From Actinomycetota bacterium (GTDB taxonomy: Bacteria > Actinomycetota > CADDZG01 > JAHWKV01): 64,000 nucleotides of DNA. A program made the position numbers and the translations under genes. The stretch covers positions 69,151 through 133,150 of the forward strand of contig JBBDRQ010000034.1 of NCBI GenBank assembly GCA_040905365.1, in the 5' to 3' direction. Of the stretch, positions 39,869 to 47,221 are shown one piece after another; positions within the stretch are counted from its first letter, which is position 1, and each line of letters begins with the position of its first letter. The notes under the pieces were generated by a model. That model saw only the letters and a list, made by a program, of their open reading frames with translations. It was not told the DNA's origin and searched no databases.

Positions 39869-40417
39869 CTAGCCCCCGGAGGAGAGTGAGGTGAGCGAGG
39901 AAAGACTTCGAGGGGGCTCGTCGACCGCTAGATAGGGCTCCCACGCCGGGTGAGTCTTTCCTACCGCCGCGATCAGAAACAGACTGTCGCTGGGAACGTG
40001 AGGTGGTCTCTTCAACTTCATCCCCACCTCATTGAGCAGCAGGTTTTCTTTGCGTGCGTTGCAGGAGCGGCAAGATGCCACCACGTTGTCCCATGTATGG
40101 GTGCCGCCCTTGGACCGGGGTTTGATGTGGTCGACATTCTCAGCAGCACAGCCGCAGTACTGGCACTGATAGTCGTCCCGGGCAAAGACCGCCCTGCGAC
40201 TAAGTGTTGCGCGGGCCCGGTAGGGCACCTTCACGAAGTAGAGCATCCGCACCACGGACGGCACCGGAAGACTCAGGCGCTCGGAATGGAAACATCCATC
40301 GTCCGCGTGCTCGATGACGGCCTTTGATTTTAGGACGAGCACGGCCGCCCGCCGTGCCGAAACGATGCAAAGCGGCTGGTAGGAAGCGTTCAAGACCAGT
40401 GCTTTGGCCAAGCCCAT
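39869..40417 (-). CDS. HNH endonuclease-domain protein
   Basis: HNH motif region CQYCGCAAENVDHIKPRSKGGTHTWDNVVASCRSCNARK. Confidence 0.75.
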   Translation of the reverse strand: MGLAKALVLNASYQPLCIVSARRAAVLVLKSKAVIEHADDGCFHSERLSLPVPSVVRMLYFVKVPYRARATLSRRAVFARDDYQCQYCGCAAENVDHIKPRSKGGTHTWDNVVASCRSCNARKENLLLNEVGMKLKRPPHVPSDSLFLIAAVGKTHPAWEPYLAVDEPPRSLSSLTSLSSGG

Positions 40418-40580
40418 CTCCTTCTAGCTGAAACGCCCGAGGGTTCGGGTGCTCCATCGATAGCTCCAAGGCGCGTGACTGCCTTGGGGTGAGTATAAGT
40501 GACACAGCTAAATGGGCCCGTCCCGGAAGCACCTCTTGAAAGCCAAAGAGATTCAGGTCACCGGTACCGGCCAATTGGGC

Positions 40581-41084
40581 TCAGGCCTGCGCGATCTTTT
40601 TCTGCTGTTCCTGGGAAAGCGCGTCGTTGACAATTCGCAGCGTCTCCACGAACTCCTCACGATCGCGGAGAAACTCGGCCACGCCCTGGTCGAGACTGCG
40701 GGTAATCTCGTCGATAGCGACGAAGAACGACATCTGGCCCTGCCGCAATGCGTCGAGAATCTCCTCGTCGTCATGGGCTACCCGATAGATGCTCTTGCCG
40801 TCGGTGATGAGCTTGACCTCGGAGAGGTGCTCTTCCAGCCCGGCCTTCTTGCGCAGGTAGTCCCACGCGCGCCGTACTCGCTGCAAGGACATTCCGCCGT
40901 CAAGCATCGCTTTTACTACCTTTAGCGCCACCAGATCCCGGAAGGAGTAAAGTCGCCGCACTCCAGGCCGGCCGCCGGTCGATTGAACGCTGGGTTTGAC
41001 TAAGCCGCTCTGGTCCCAATAACGGATTTGATGGCTAGTACAACCAGTAAATCGACACGCGTGCTTAACGCTAAACCCCTCCAA
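40581..41084 (-). CDS. MerR-family transcriptional regulator
   Basis: N-terminal MerR HTH (FSVKHACRFTGCTSHQIRYWDQSGLVKP) and a helical C-terminal domain. Starts at TTG. Confidence 0.75.
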   Translation of the reverse strand: MEGFSVKHACRFTGCTSHQIRYWDQSGLVKPSVQSTGGRPGVRRLYSFRDLVALKVVKAMLDGGMSLQRVRRAWDYLRKKAGLEEHLSEVKLITDGKSIYRVAHDDEEILDALRQGQMSFFVAIDEITRSLDQGVAEFLRDREEFVETLRIVNDALSQEQQKKIAQA

Positions 41085-41285
41085 CGATGGCCCCTTCCAA
41101 AGAATTTCTTTAACTAGTATTTAGGAAATTGGGTATTGTGACCGGTCTGTCAGTTCTACACACCGCACGCGGGATTCGCAAGATGTGGACCGGCGGTTTT
41201 TGAGCCAACCGGTTAAATAGTTTCCCGCTCTATCCCTGCTACTACCCAAGTCTAAAGAAGAGGTTGAAGGTGACTCTTGCGGGTG

Positions 41286-41657
41286 CTATTGGTCGTCGCG
41301 ACTGCCCGCTTCCCGGATCTTGGTTCTAATCCGCGCCATCAGGCCAGACAGCGACGCTTGTTCTCTTAGCACCCGGAGCTGCTCGTTCCCAATTTTGTGC
41401 AGGTTGTCGTACGTATAATACGCGGCGGCTACCATCACCAGGAACGCTATTACCCCCACCGGCAGGCGCGGGTAGAAGAAGAAGCCCACCAGGACCGCAA
41501 GGCCACTCACAAAGGCCAGGATCCCTCGTCTTACGTTGCGCCTCAGGACAGCGGGCAGAGTCGAGGAGGAAACCCCCCGCGCAAACTCTGGGTCCTGCTC
41601 GTAAAGCTGGTCTTCGATCTCCTGAAGAATCTGCTGCTCTCGGTCCGAAAGTGGCAT
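41286..41657 (-). CDS. DUF3040-family membrane protein
   Basis: MPLSDREQQILQEIEDQLYEQDPEFAR signature N-terminus followed by two TMs. The family is commonly found near the actinobacterial dcw cluster. Confidence 0.75.
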   Translation of the reverse strand: MPLSDREQQILQEIEDQLYEQDPEFARGVSSSTLPAVLRRNVRRGILAFVSGLAVLVGFFFYPRLPVGVIAFLVMVAAAYYTYDNLHKIGNEQLRVLREQASLSGLMARIRTKIREAGSRDDQ

Positions 41658-41814
41658 CCGATTGATCCCTTTCAAAGCCAGCTGGATTGCGCCGGCCCGG
41701 CGACTTGTCTATAAGAAGATTATACGGCGTAGCGACCTCAACAACGCCATCAAATTGGCGACCGTCGGGCTAACCGTTCCCCGCGACGCGTGAACGAAAA
41801 CCCCGGCCAACTTC

Positions 41815-42540
41815 CTACTGAGTGACCTCTATCTCCCAGTCGCCGTTGGCCAGAACGTCGACCAGGTAGATACCTGCGGCCTTGATGTTCACGGTCACTC
41901 GAGAAGAGAAATCTCCAGACTCATTGACGATGGAACCGGCTCGGGTGCCGTCCGACCTGACCAATCCCGGGATAAATACGCCTTGACCCTCGTGACGCAA
42001 CCGGAAGTCGGCCGATCCGGCCTCAAGCTTGAAAAACTCCGTCGCAGACTGCCCTGATCCCGAGAACTCGGCCGGAGGAGCCGGAGCGTCCTCCGGAACC
42101 GACTGGTCAATTTGAGCGGTCCACTCCCCTGCTCCCGGACGCACTTCCATTACGTAATCGCCGACCGGCAGAGGCACCGCCCGAGTTCCTTCGTAATCGC
42201 CGATTGCGTTGACCACCTGGTCGATCATCTGACCATCCTGGCTAAGCGTCACAATGAAGTTTGTCGCACTGCCACCGGAGTGGGTGAAGCGCAGCAACGT
42301 CAGGCCTCCGCCGGCCTTGAAGTTCTCCTTCGTGTCGCCTTCCCCGCTAAATTCCTGGCGGTCGACGCGCTCGATGGGCGCGACGGGTGAACCGGATGCG
42401 TCTACAGGAGCGTCGCCGGCCACGTCGGTGGAATCCCCCGACCCGCTGGCCAGCACGGCAACCAGCACAATGATGCCGACGAGGATGAACAATCCTCCAC
42501 CCACCAAAACCCACCTGAACTTACTTATGAAGTCGTTCAT
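41815..42540 (-). CDS. Membrane-anchored protein with two tandem homologous extracytoplasmic domains
   Basis: N-terminal TM, then two repeats of about 75 aa each, starting FSGEGDTKENFKAGGGLTLLRFTHSGG... and FSGSGQSATEFFKLEAGSADFRLRHEGQG... No family assigned. Confidence 0.5.
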   Translation of the reverse strand: MNDFISKFRWVLVGGGLFILVGIIVLVAVLASGSGDSTDVAGDAPVDASGSPVAPIERVDRQEFSGEGDTKENFKAGGGLTLLRFTHSGGSATNFIVTLSQDGQMIDQVVNAIGDYEGTRAVPLPVGDYVMEVRPGAGEWTAQIDQSVPEDAPAPPAEFSGSGQSATEFFKLEAGSADFRLRHEGQGVFIPGLVRSDGTRAGSIVNESGDFSSRVTVNIKAAGIYLVDVLANGDWEIEVTQ

Positions 42541-42565
42541 CTACCAGATCGCCAGATTAGGAAAA

Positions 42566-42892
42566 TCAAAAGAAGCCGAGAGCCGACCGCGCAAGCTCAC
42601 TCATCTTGTCCGGACCCCACGCGGGCTGCATCGTCATCTCCGAGGTTACGCTGGAGATGCCCTCGACACTCGCAGCAGCCTCCCGGATCTCGTTTTCGAT
42701 CTGAGCTCCCGCCGGACAACCGGCCGAGGTCAGCGTAAAGGTGATCTGGGCCTCGCCGTCGTCGGTTACAACCACGTCGTAAATCAGGCCGAGATCAACA
42801 ATGTTGATCCCGATCTCCGGGTCATCGACGACCTTAAGCGCCTCGAAGACTTCCTCAGGTGTGGGCATAGGTCCATTGTAGTCCACTACCAC
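42566..42892 (-). CDS. DUF59/SufT-like Fe-S cluster assembly protein
   Basis: About 100-aa protein with the MIP18/DUF59 pattern (VVDDPEIGINIVDLGLIYDV...TLTSAGCP). The true start may be the internal ATG (MPTPEEVF...). Confidence 0.75.
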   Translation of the reverse strand: MVVDYNGPMPTPEEVFEALKVVDDPEIGINIVDLGLIYDVVVTDDGEAQITFTLTSAGCPAGAQIENEIREAAASVEGISSVTSEMTMQPAWGPDKMSELARSALGFF

Positions 42893-42898
42893 CGCGTT

Positions 42899-43603
42899 TC
42901 AGTCAAGCTGGCCCAACGCGGCGGTCAACTTCCGCGCCTCTCCCGCCGGGTCGTCGCTCTGGGTCAGGGCCCGCACCACCGACACCCGCCCGGCGCCTGC
43001 ATCCAGCACCGAGCGTACGTTCGAGGCATTGATACCTCCGATGGCAAAGACCGGCTTGGTGGCCCGCTTAGCAGCAGCCCGAACCAGGTCCAGGCCCACG
43101 GCCGGCCGCCCGGGTTTGGTGGGCGTGGCAAACACCGGACCAATCGCGCAGTAGTCGGCCGTTGAGGCGGTCGCCGACTCCAACTGATCGACCGAGTGGG
43201 TCGATACCCCGACAATCAGCTCGGGCCCCACCTGACGGCGGGCCTCGTCGAGGGGCAGGTCTTGTTGCCCCAGATGTACGCCGTCGGCTCCTGCCGCGAT
43301 CGCTACATCTACTCGGTCGTTCACAATGAACAGGGCCCCGGCGGCGGCCGTACGCCTCCTCACCACCTCGGCGTACCTCAACAAAGGCCCTGCCTCCATC
43401 TGCTTCTCCCTCAGCTGCACCATCCCGACCCCTGCGTCCAAAACCTCTGCCAGAAAGCGGTCCAAGTCACCCGCCGCAGACCGCGCGTCGGTGACCAGGT
43501 AGAGGCGGCACTCTCCCAATTGCGCATTCGGCGGATCAGCGCGCGCTGCGTTGCGAATCCCGTCCTCCTCCTCTTTGTCCTTTTTCTCCTTGGGTCGGGG
43601 CAC
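42899..43603 (-). CDS. thiE: Thiamine-phosphate synthase
   Basis: TMP-TENI fold motifs (LYLVTD, VQLREK, VNDRVDVA, GADGVHLGQQD, GVSTHS, DYCAIGPVFATPTKPG, AIGGI). The N-terminal 25 codons are K/E-rich low complexity and may not be translated; an internal TTG is possible. Confidence 0.85.
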   Translation of the reverse strand: MPRPKEKKDKEEEDGIRNAARADPPNAQLGECRLYLVTDARSAAGDLDRFLAEVLDAGVGMVQLREKQMEAGPLLRYAEVVRRRTAAAGALFIVNDRVDVAIAAGADGVHLGQQDLPLDEARRQVGPELIVGVSTHSVDQLESATASTADYCAIGPVFATPTKPGRPAVGLDLVRAAAKRATKPVFAIGGINASNVRSVLDAGAGRVSVVRALTQSDDPAGEARKLTAALGQLD

Positions 43604-43747
43604 AAACCTCTTAAGCGACGTGACAAGTTTGTCACGGCACAGTAATTTTCTCGTATCGACTCTCGATCGCGACGAAGGCCCAGCCGGACCAGGATCAATC
43701 CGGCGCGCGAGCCGAGGGCTTAATCACCGACTCGAGGGGGTGAATAA

Positions 43748-44221
43748 TTGTTCGAAGACCGACAAGTGGTAGTACTCGGCGAACGCGACGGCGTCTCCGG
43801 GGGTGCCATATCGGCCTGCGTGGAGGCCATCGGCGGGTCCCACATCGCTTTCGCCGCCACGGAATGCTTTGTCTGAACGGCCTCAGGAGCCATGGATCTG
43901 CAACACCAGGAGGTAATCCTGGCGCTCTCCAATGAACACGGCCCGGAGAAGCTGCTCATCATCTTGGGTTCGCCCGACGCTGAGAGTGCGCAAGTCTCCG
44001 CCGAAACCGTAGTTCTGGGAGATCCGACTTACGCAGGTGCTTTGGCCGAGGTCCAGTTGGGCCTCGACGTTTACCACATACTAGAAGATGAGATTCGCAG
44101 CCTAGTCCCCGAGGACGTCTTCGAGGAGCAGGTGGGGCTCATGGCCGACGTGCTCGATACCGACGACATCACCGCCACCCTGCGCGACATAAGGTCGCAA
44201 TCGCCGGCACCGGAGTGTTAG
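43748..44221 (+). CDS. grdA: Glycine/sarcosine/betaine reductase complex selenoprotein A homolog with in-frame UGA selenocysteine codon at 43874..43876
   Basis: TTG start at 43748 preceded by GAGGGGGUGA (43733-43742) and by an in-frame TAA at 43745. The translation reads through TGA as Sec: (M)FEDRQVVVLGERDGVSGGAISACVEAIGGSHIAFAATECFV-U-TASGAMDLQHQEVILALSNEHGPEKLLIILGSPDAESAQVSAETVVLGDPTYAGALAEVQLGLDVYHILEDEIRSLVPEDVFEEQVGLMADVLDTDD... This matches the GrdA pattern VIIIGDRDGIPGPAIAEC...STECFVUTAAGAMDLENQ...VVLLGAAEAESAGLAAETVT.GDPTFAGPLAGVQLGL along the whole 157 codons (from memory of the family, not a database hit). The ORF track shows only 43892..44221. Confidence 0.8.
43886..43929 (+). 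ncRNA. Candidate bacterial SECIS hairpin within grdA, 10 nt downstream of the UGA
   Basis: GGAG (43886-89) pairs with CUCC (43926-29), enclosing an upper stem CCAGGA (43906-11) / UCCUGG (43917-22) with apical loop GGUAA (contains G and U). The geometry is comparable to SelB-binding SECIS elements. Structure inferred by eye only. Confidence 0.4.
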
Positions 44222-44587
44222 TACTAGGCACATCGGGCCGCAACCCGGGTCCGTTGTGCGCCACCCTCGGATGAGGGACAACTTCTACGCGCCCGTTCCC
44301 GCGGGTACCTCTCCCGCGGGTACCTCGACATTCTGCAACATTCGACACATGCCACAAGCACAAAACGTCAATTGCTACTTGACATAGCACCACTTTTCGT
44401 GAATGATTTGCACACTCAGTAGCCGGAACCTTTTTTAACAGGAGATCCAACAGCAAGCTGTCCGGGCCCGTAGAATTAGCCCAATTTAATAAGCAGAGCT
44501 TTGTTGCGTTACTCACTGGATTAGTCGGTAGTAATTCAATAGCATGAGCCACGCATTTGTCATGCGCCGAAAGAGGGCTTTTAACGC

Positions 44588-44617
44588 TTAGATACTTAGA
44601 TAGATTTAGATAGATAC
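44588..44617 (+). promoter_or_regulatory. Three TTAGATA direct repeats (8/10-nt phasing) in the AT-rich leader of the sortase-substrate gene
   Basis: cTTAGATAcTTAGATAgatTTAGATAgatacag at 44588-44617. A strong AGAGGAG Shine-Dalgarno (44631-37) follows, 9 nt before ATG 44647. A TTGACA hexamer at 44377-82 with AATGAT 17 nt downstream is a possible sigma70-type promoter. The surrounding 44330-44640 is markedly AT-richer than the window average. Confidence 0.45.
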
Positions 44618-44646
44618 AGACGCACAAAAAAGAGGAGTAAATCTCA

Positions 44647-46434
44647 ATGTCGGGCACACAAAGGAAGAAAAAGGGGGTTACCAGGGTAACTGCGCTGCTC
44701 GCGCTGGTTGCCATGGGCCTAGCCCTCGCTCCCCAGGCAGCGCTGGGTCAAGTATCCTTCAGCGATGCAGATTTTTCCGGTTACGCGACCGGTACCTACC
44801 TTCACGCCGACGCACTGACGCTAGGCTCATCCCCCACCGTCAAGGCCGACCTCGGCTGGTCCGGCGCGTCCGTCGCTTCCAAAGGGCTCGATACCGCGGT
44901 GAGCGATGAGCTCGGCCGGGTCGTCCAACCTTCCGTACCCGGCAAGAACAGCTACGGCGCAGGGTTTGGTCTGGACGTCAGTCTGCTCGGCAGCGACATC
45001 CTCCAGCAGCAGGCCGCAGCTGCAGCCGCCCCTCCCTCCACGGAGTTGATCAAGAAGACCCTGGTAGGACCCATTGATGTACCCGGCGTGCTCTCGGCAG
45101 GCGTTGTAGAAGGCAGGGCTCAGGCAACCTACGACCCGAACAACTGCATCCTCGGTAAGGACCTCAGCTACGGCCAGGGCAACGTGGCCGACGCCTCGCT
45201 TCTGACCGGCGACGTGCTCGGTGGCGTCGGAGACACTCTTTCCGCTCTGTTGGGCACCGACCCGAGCAGCCAGGACCCCGGAGCAGTCCGCTCCTCCTCG
45301 CGCACCCGGTTGGTTCCTCAGACCGATGAGGGTGGCAACATTGTCGGCCCGAACTTGGGTCTTCTGAGCGAAACCCGTCAGACGCTTGCTCCAGTCGTTC
45401 TGTTCCAGGGCGTGCCCGGGGCAGAGCTCACCATTGAGCTGCTGGGTGAATGGGTTATCCAGGCGGTTGCCACCGGTATTCCGGGACAGTCGTACGTCAG
45501 CTACCAGCCGGGCACCGCCAACGGCGAAACACCGGTGCTCAAGGTAACCAACACGCTTCCGCTTCCGGACGCCGGTTCCGAGTTGGTAGAGGGCCTCACG
45601 GTCACGCTCGACCAGCTACTGGGCATCGTTCCGCTCGACGACCTGCTCCAGGGCGACCTGCTGGGCCTCGGCCTGGTGGAGTTGGTGCTCGACCCCGACC
45701 CCACCGTGACGGAGTCCGCCGACGGCACTCACGCCAAGGGCGTAGTTGATGTCGTGCGGGTCCGCTTGCTCCCCGAGGGCGAGGGACTGCTGGGCGACCT
45801 GCTGGGCACCACGCTGGGCGGCCTTGAGCTTGCCGACGTGCGTGTCGGACACATGGAAGTCGAGTCCAGGGTCCCGGTCGGCGGCATCACCTGCGCAGGT
45901 GCGGACGTCAAGAAGGCCGCCAACCCGGAGATCGTCAATGCGGGACAGAGCTTCGTCTACTCCATCAACACGACGAACCCGTTCGACTGCGAACTGACCA
46001 GCAACTCTCTGGTCGACACCATGACCGTGCCCGACAACATCGGGTTCACGATCGGCAGCCAGGATCCGCCGGCCAGTTCCACGACGGCCAACTCGGTTAC
46101 CTATAACGACATAGGGCCTATAGCGCCCAAGGAGTCGAAGTCCGTCTCCTTCCAAGTCGCCGTAGCCGATAACGCCGCTAACGGGAACTTTGTGAACCGG
46201 GCCGAGGTGGTGTCCAACTGTGCCTTGGAGACGGCGCAGGGAGGCACGGCCAACGTCCAGCTCACGGCGTTCGACGAAATCGACAAACCGCGGGTGCAGG
46301 CGCAGGAAGCGCCACCGTTGCCAAAGACGGGCGGAACCACCGCCTTCTGGGCAACCATGGCGGTGATCCTCGGGGGCATATCCGTGGCCTCGGCGTTCGG
46401 CTACCGCAAGCTGGGGGGCATCTCCCAGAGGTAA
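44647..46434 (+). CDS. Sortase-anchored surface protein (signal peptide, DUF11-like repeat domain, LPKTG sorting signal)
   Basis: N-terminal signal peptide (KKKGVTRVTALLALVAMGLALAPQAALGQ). The C-terminus has LPKTGG followed by a hydrophobic stretch and RK tail (cell-wall sorting signal). The 'conserved repeat' style domain begins near NAGQSFVYSINTTNP. Confidence 0.85.
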   Translation: MSGTQRKKKGVTRVTALLALVAMGLALAPQAALGQVSFSDADFSGYATGTYLHADALTLGSSPTVKADLGWSGASVASKGLDTAVSDELGRVVQPSVPGKNSYGAGFGLDVSLLGSDILQQQAAAAAAPPSTELIKKTLVGPIDVPGVLSAGVVEGRAQATYDPNNCILGKDLSYGQGNVADASLLTGDVLGGVGDTLSALLGTDPSSQDPGAVRSSSRTRLVPQTDEGGNIVGPNLGLLSETRQTLAPVVLFQGVPGAELTIELLGEWVIQAVATGIPGQSYVSYQPGTANGETPVLKVTNTLPLPDAGSELVEGLTVTLDQLLGIVPLDDLLQGDLLGLGLVELVLDPDPTVTESADGTHAKGVVDVVRVRLLPEGEGLLGDLLGTTLGGLELADVRVGHMEVESRVPVGGITCAGADVKKAANPEIVNAGQSFVYSINTTNPFDCELTSNSLVDTMTVPDNIGFTIGSQDPPASSTTANSVTYNDIGPIAPKESKSVSFQVAVADNAANGNFVNRAEVVSNCALETAQGGTANVQLTAFDEIDKPRVQAQEAPPLPKTGGTTAFWATMAVILGGISVASAFGYRKLGGISQR

Positions 46435-46450
46435 CGGTTAACGACAAAAA

Positions 46451-46480
46451 GGGGGCTCGGCTCTTGCGGGAGCCGAGCCC
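46451..46480 (+). terminator. Stable hairpin downstream of the surface-protein gene
   Basis: GGGGCUCGGCUC - uugcgg - GAGCCGAGCCC, an 11-bp perfect stem preceded by an A-run. No U-tract, which is common for high-GC terminators. Confidence 0.5.
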
Positions 46481-46594
46481 TTCGTACCTCAGCAGCCTCG
46501 AGGAGGGCTCGCCGTGGTTAAAGAGCCACCGTTAGAGACGAGTCTTAAATATGATGGTTGGAATCGGCCGGGGGGCTAATCCAGGAGTAAAGAC

Positions 46595-47221
46595 GTGGAG
46601 CTAAGTCAGCAGGGACGGCGCAAATTGGCGGTCGTTTTAGCCGGTATGGCCGCGATCACGGCGCTGGGATCCGCGGGTTTTTTCATGTACCCCCTGTACA
46701 CCGACTGGCAGGCTAACCGGACCCAAAGCCAGTTGCGGGATCAGTTCCAGACGGCCAGCCTGAAGGCGGACTACGCGGCCGGCGAGGTGCAAGACGCCTC
46801 CCCCCTCACGCGCATCATCATCCCGGCGATGGGCACGGACACGATCGTGGTGGAGGGCACCTCCTCCAAAGCGCTCAACACCGGCGCCGGCCACTACCCG
46901 AACACGCCCCTGCCCGGAGAGCCTGGTAACGTGGCGATTGCCGGGCACCGCACCACCTACGGCAAGCCGTTCTCTAACTTGGAGGTGCTGAAACCGGGAG
47001 ACAAGATCACGCTGATCACGCCTTTTGCCGAGCACACCTATGAAGTTGTAGACCCTTTCGACGGCCACGCCAATCCATGGGTAACTTCCGCCAGCGACTG
47101 GTCGGCCATCAACCCGACGCCCGAAGCGACGTTGACGCTGACCACATGCCACCCTAAAGGGTCCGACCGGCAACGCCTGATTGCCCGCGCCGTCCTGCTT
47201 GAGTCCAAGGACATCGCATGA
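46595..47221 (+). CDS. Class E sortase
   Basis: GTG start with AGGAG Shine-Dalgarno, N-terminal TM, catalytic His (AGHRTTYG), TLTTCHP cysteine motif and conserved Arg, typical of actinobacterial class E sortases. Confidence 0.88.
   Translation: MELSQQGRRKLAVVLAGMAAITALGSAGFFMYPLYTDWQANRTQSQLRDQFQTASLKADYAAGEVQDASPLTRIIIPAMGTDTIVVEGTSSKALNTGAGHYPNTPLPGEPGNVAIAGHRTTYGKPFSNLEVLKPGDKITLITPFAEHTYEVVDPFDGHANPWVTSASDWSAINPTPEATLTLTTCHPKGSDRQRLIARAVLLESKDIA

Noticed and set aside
43796-43804. Possible -1 frameshift in the G-run inside the grdA N-terminus
   Set aside because: On first pass I mis-indexed the line break and counted four G; recounting gives five G (43799-43803), and tcc-ggg-ggt-gcc keeps DGVSGGAIS in one frame. 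No frameshift; the gene is intact.
43604-43860. TPP riboswitch upstream of thiE, or on the + strand where GGGGGUGCC occurs
   Set aside because: The GGGGUGCC-like string lies inside the grdA coding sequence (codons GVSGGAI), and no CUGAGA / ACCUGAUC partner elements are present on either strand.
43892-44221. Stand-alone 109-aa ORF as listed in the six-frame track
   Set aside because: It is the C-terminal two-thirds of grdA. The same frame continues upstream through TGA (Sec) at 43874 to a TTG at 43748 with a ribosome-binding site, and the N-terminal part also matches GrdA.
44544-44591. 15-codon mini-ORF (MSHAFVMRRKRAFNA) just upstream of the TTAGATA repeats
   Set aside because: No Shine-Dalgarno and no supporting features; most likely a chance ORF in the AT-rich leader.
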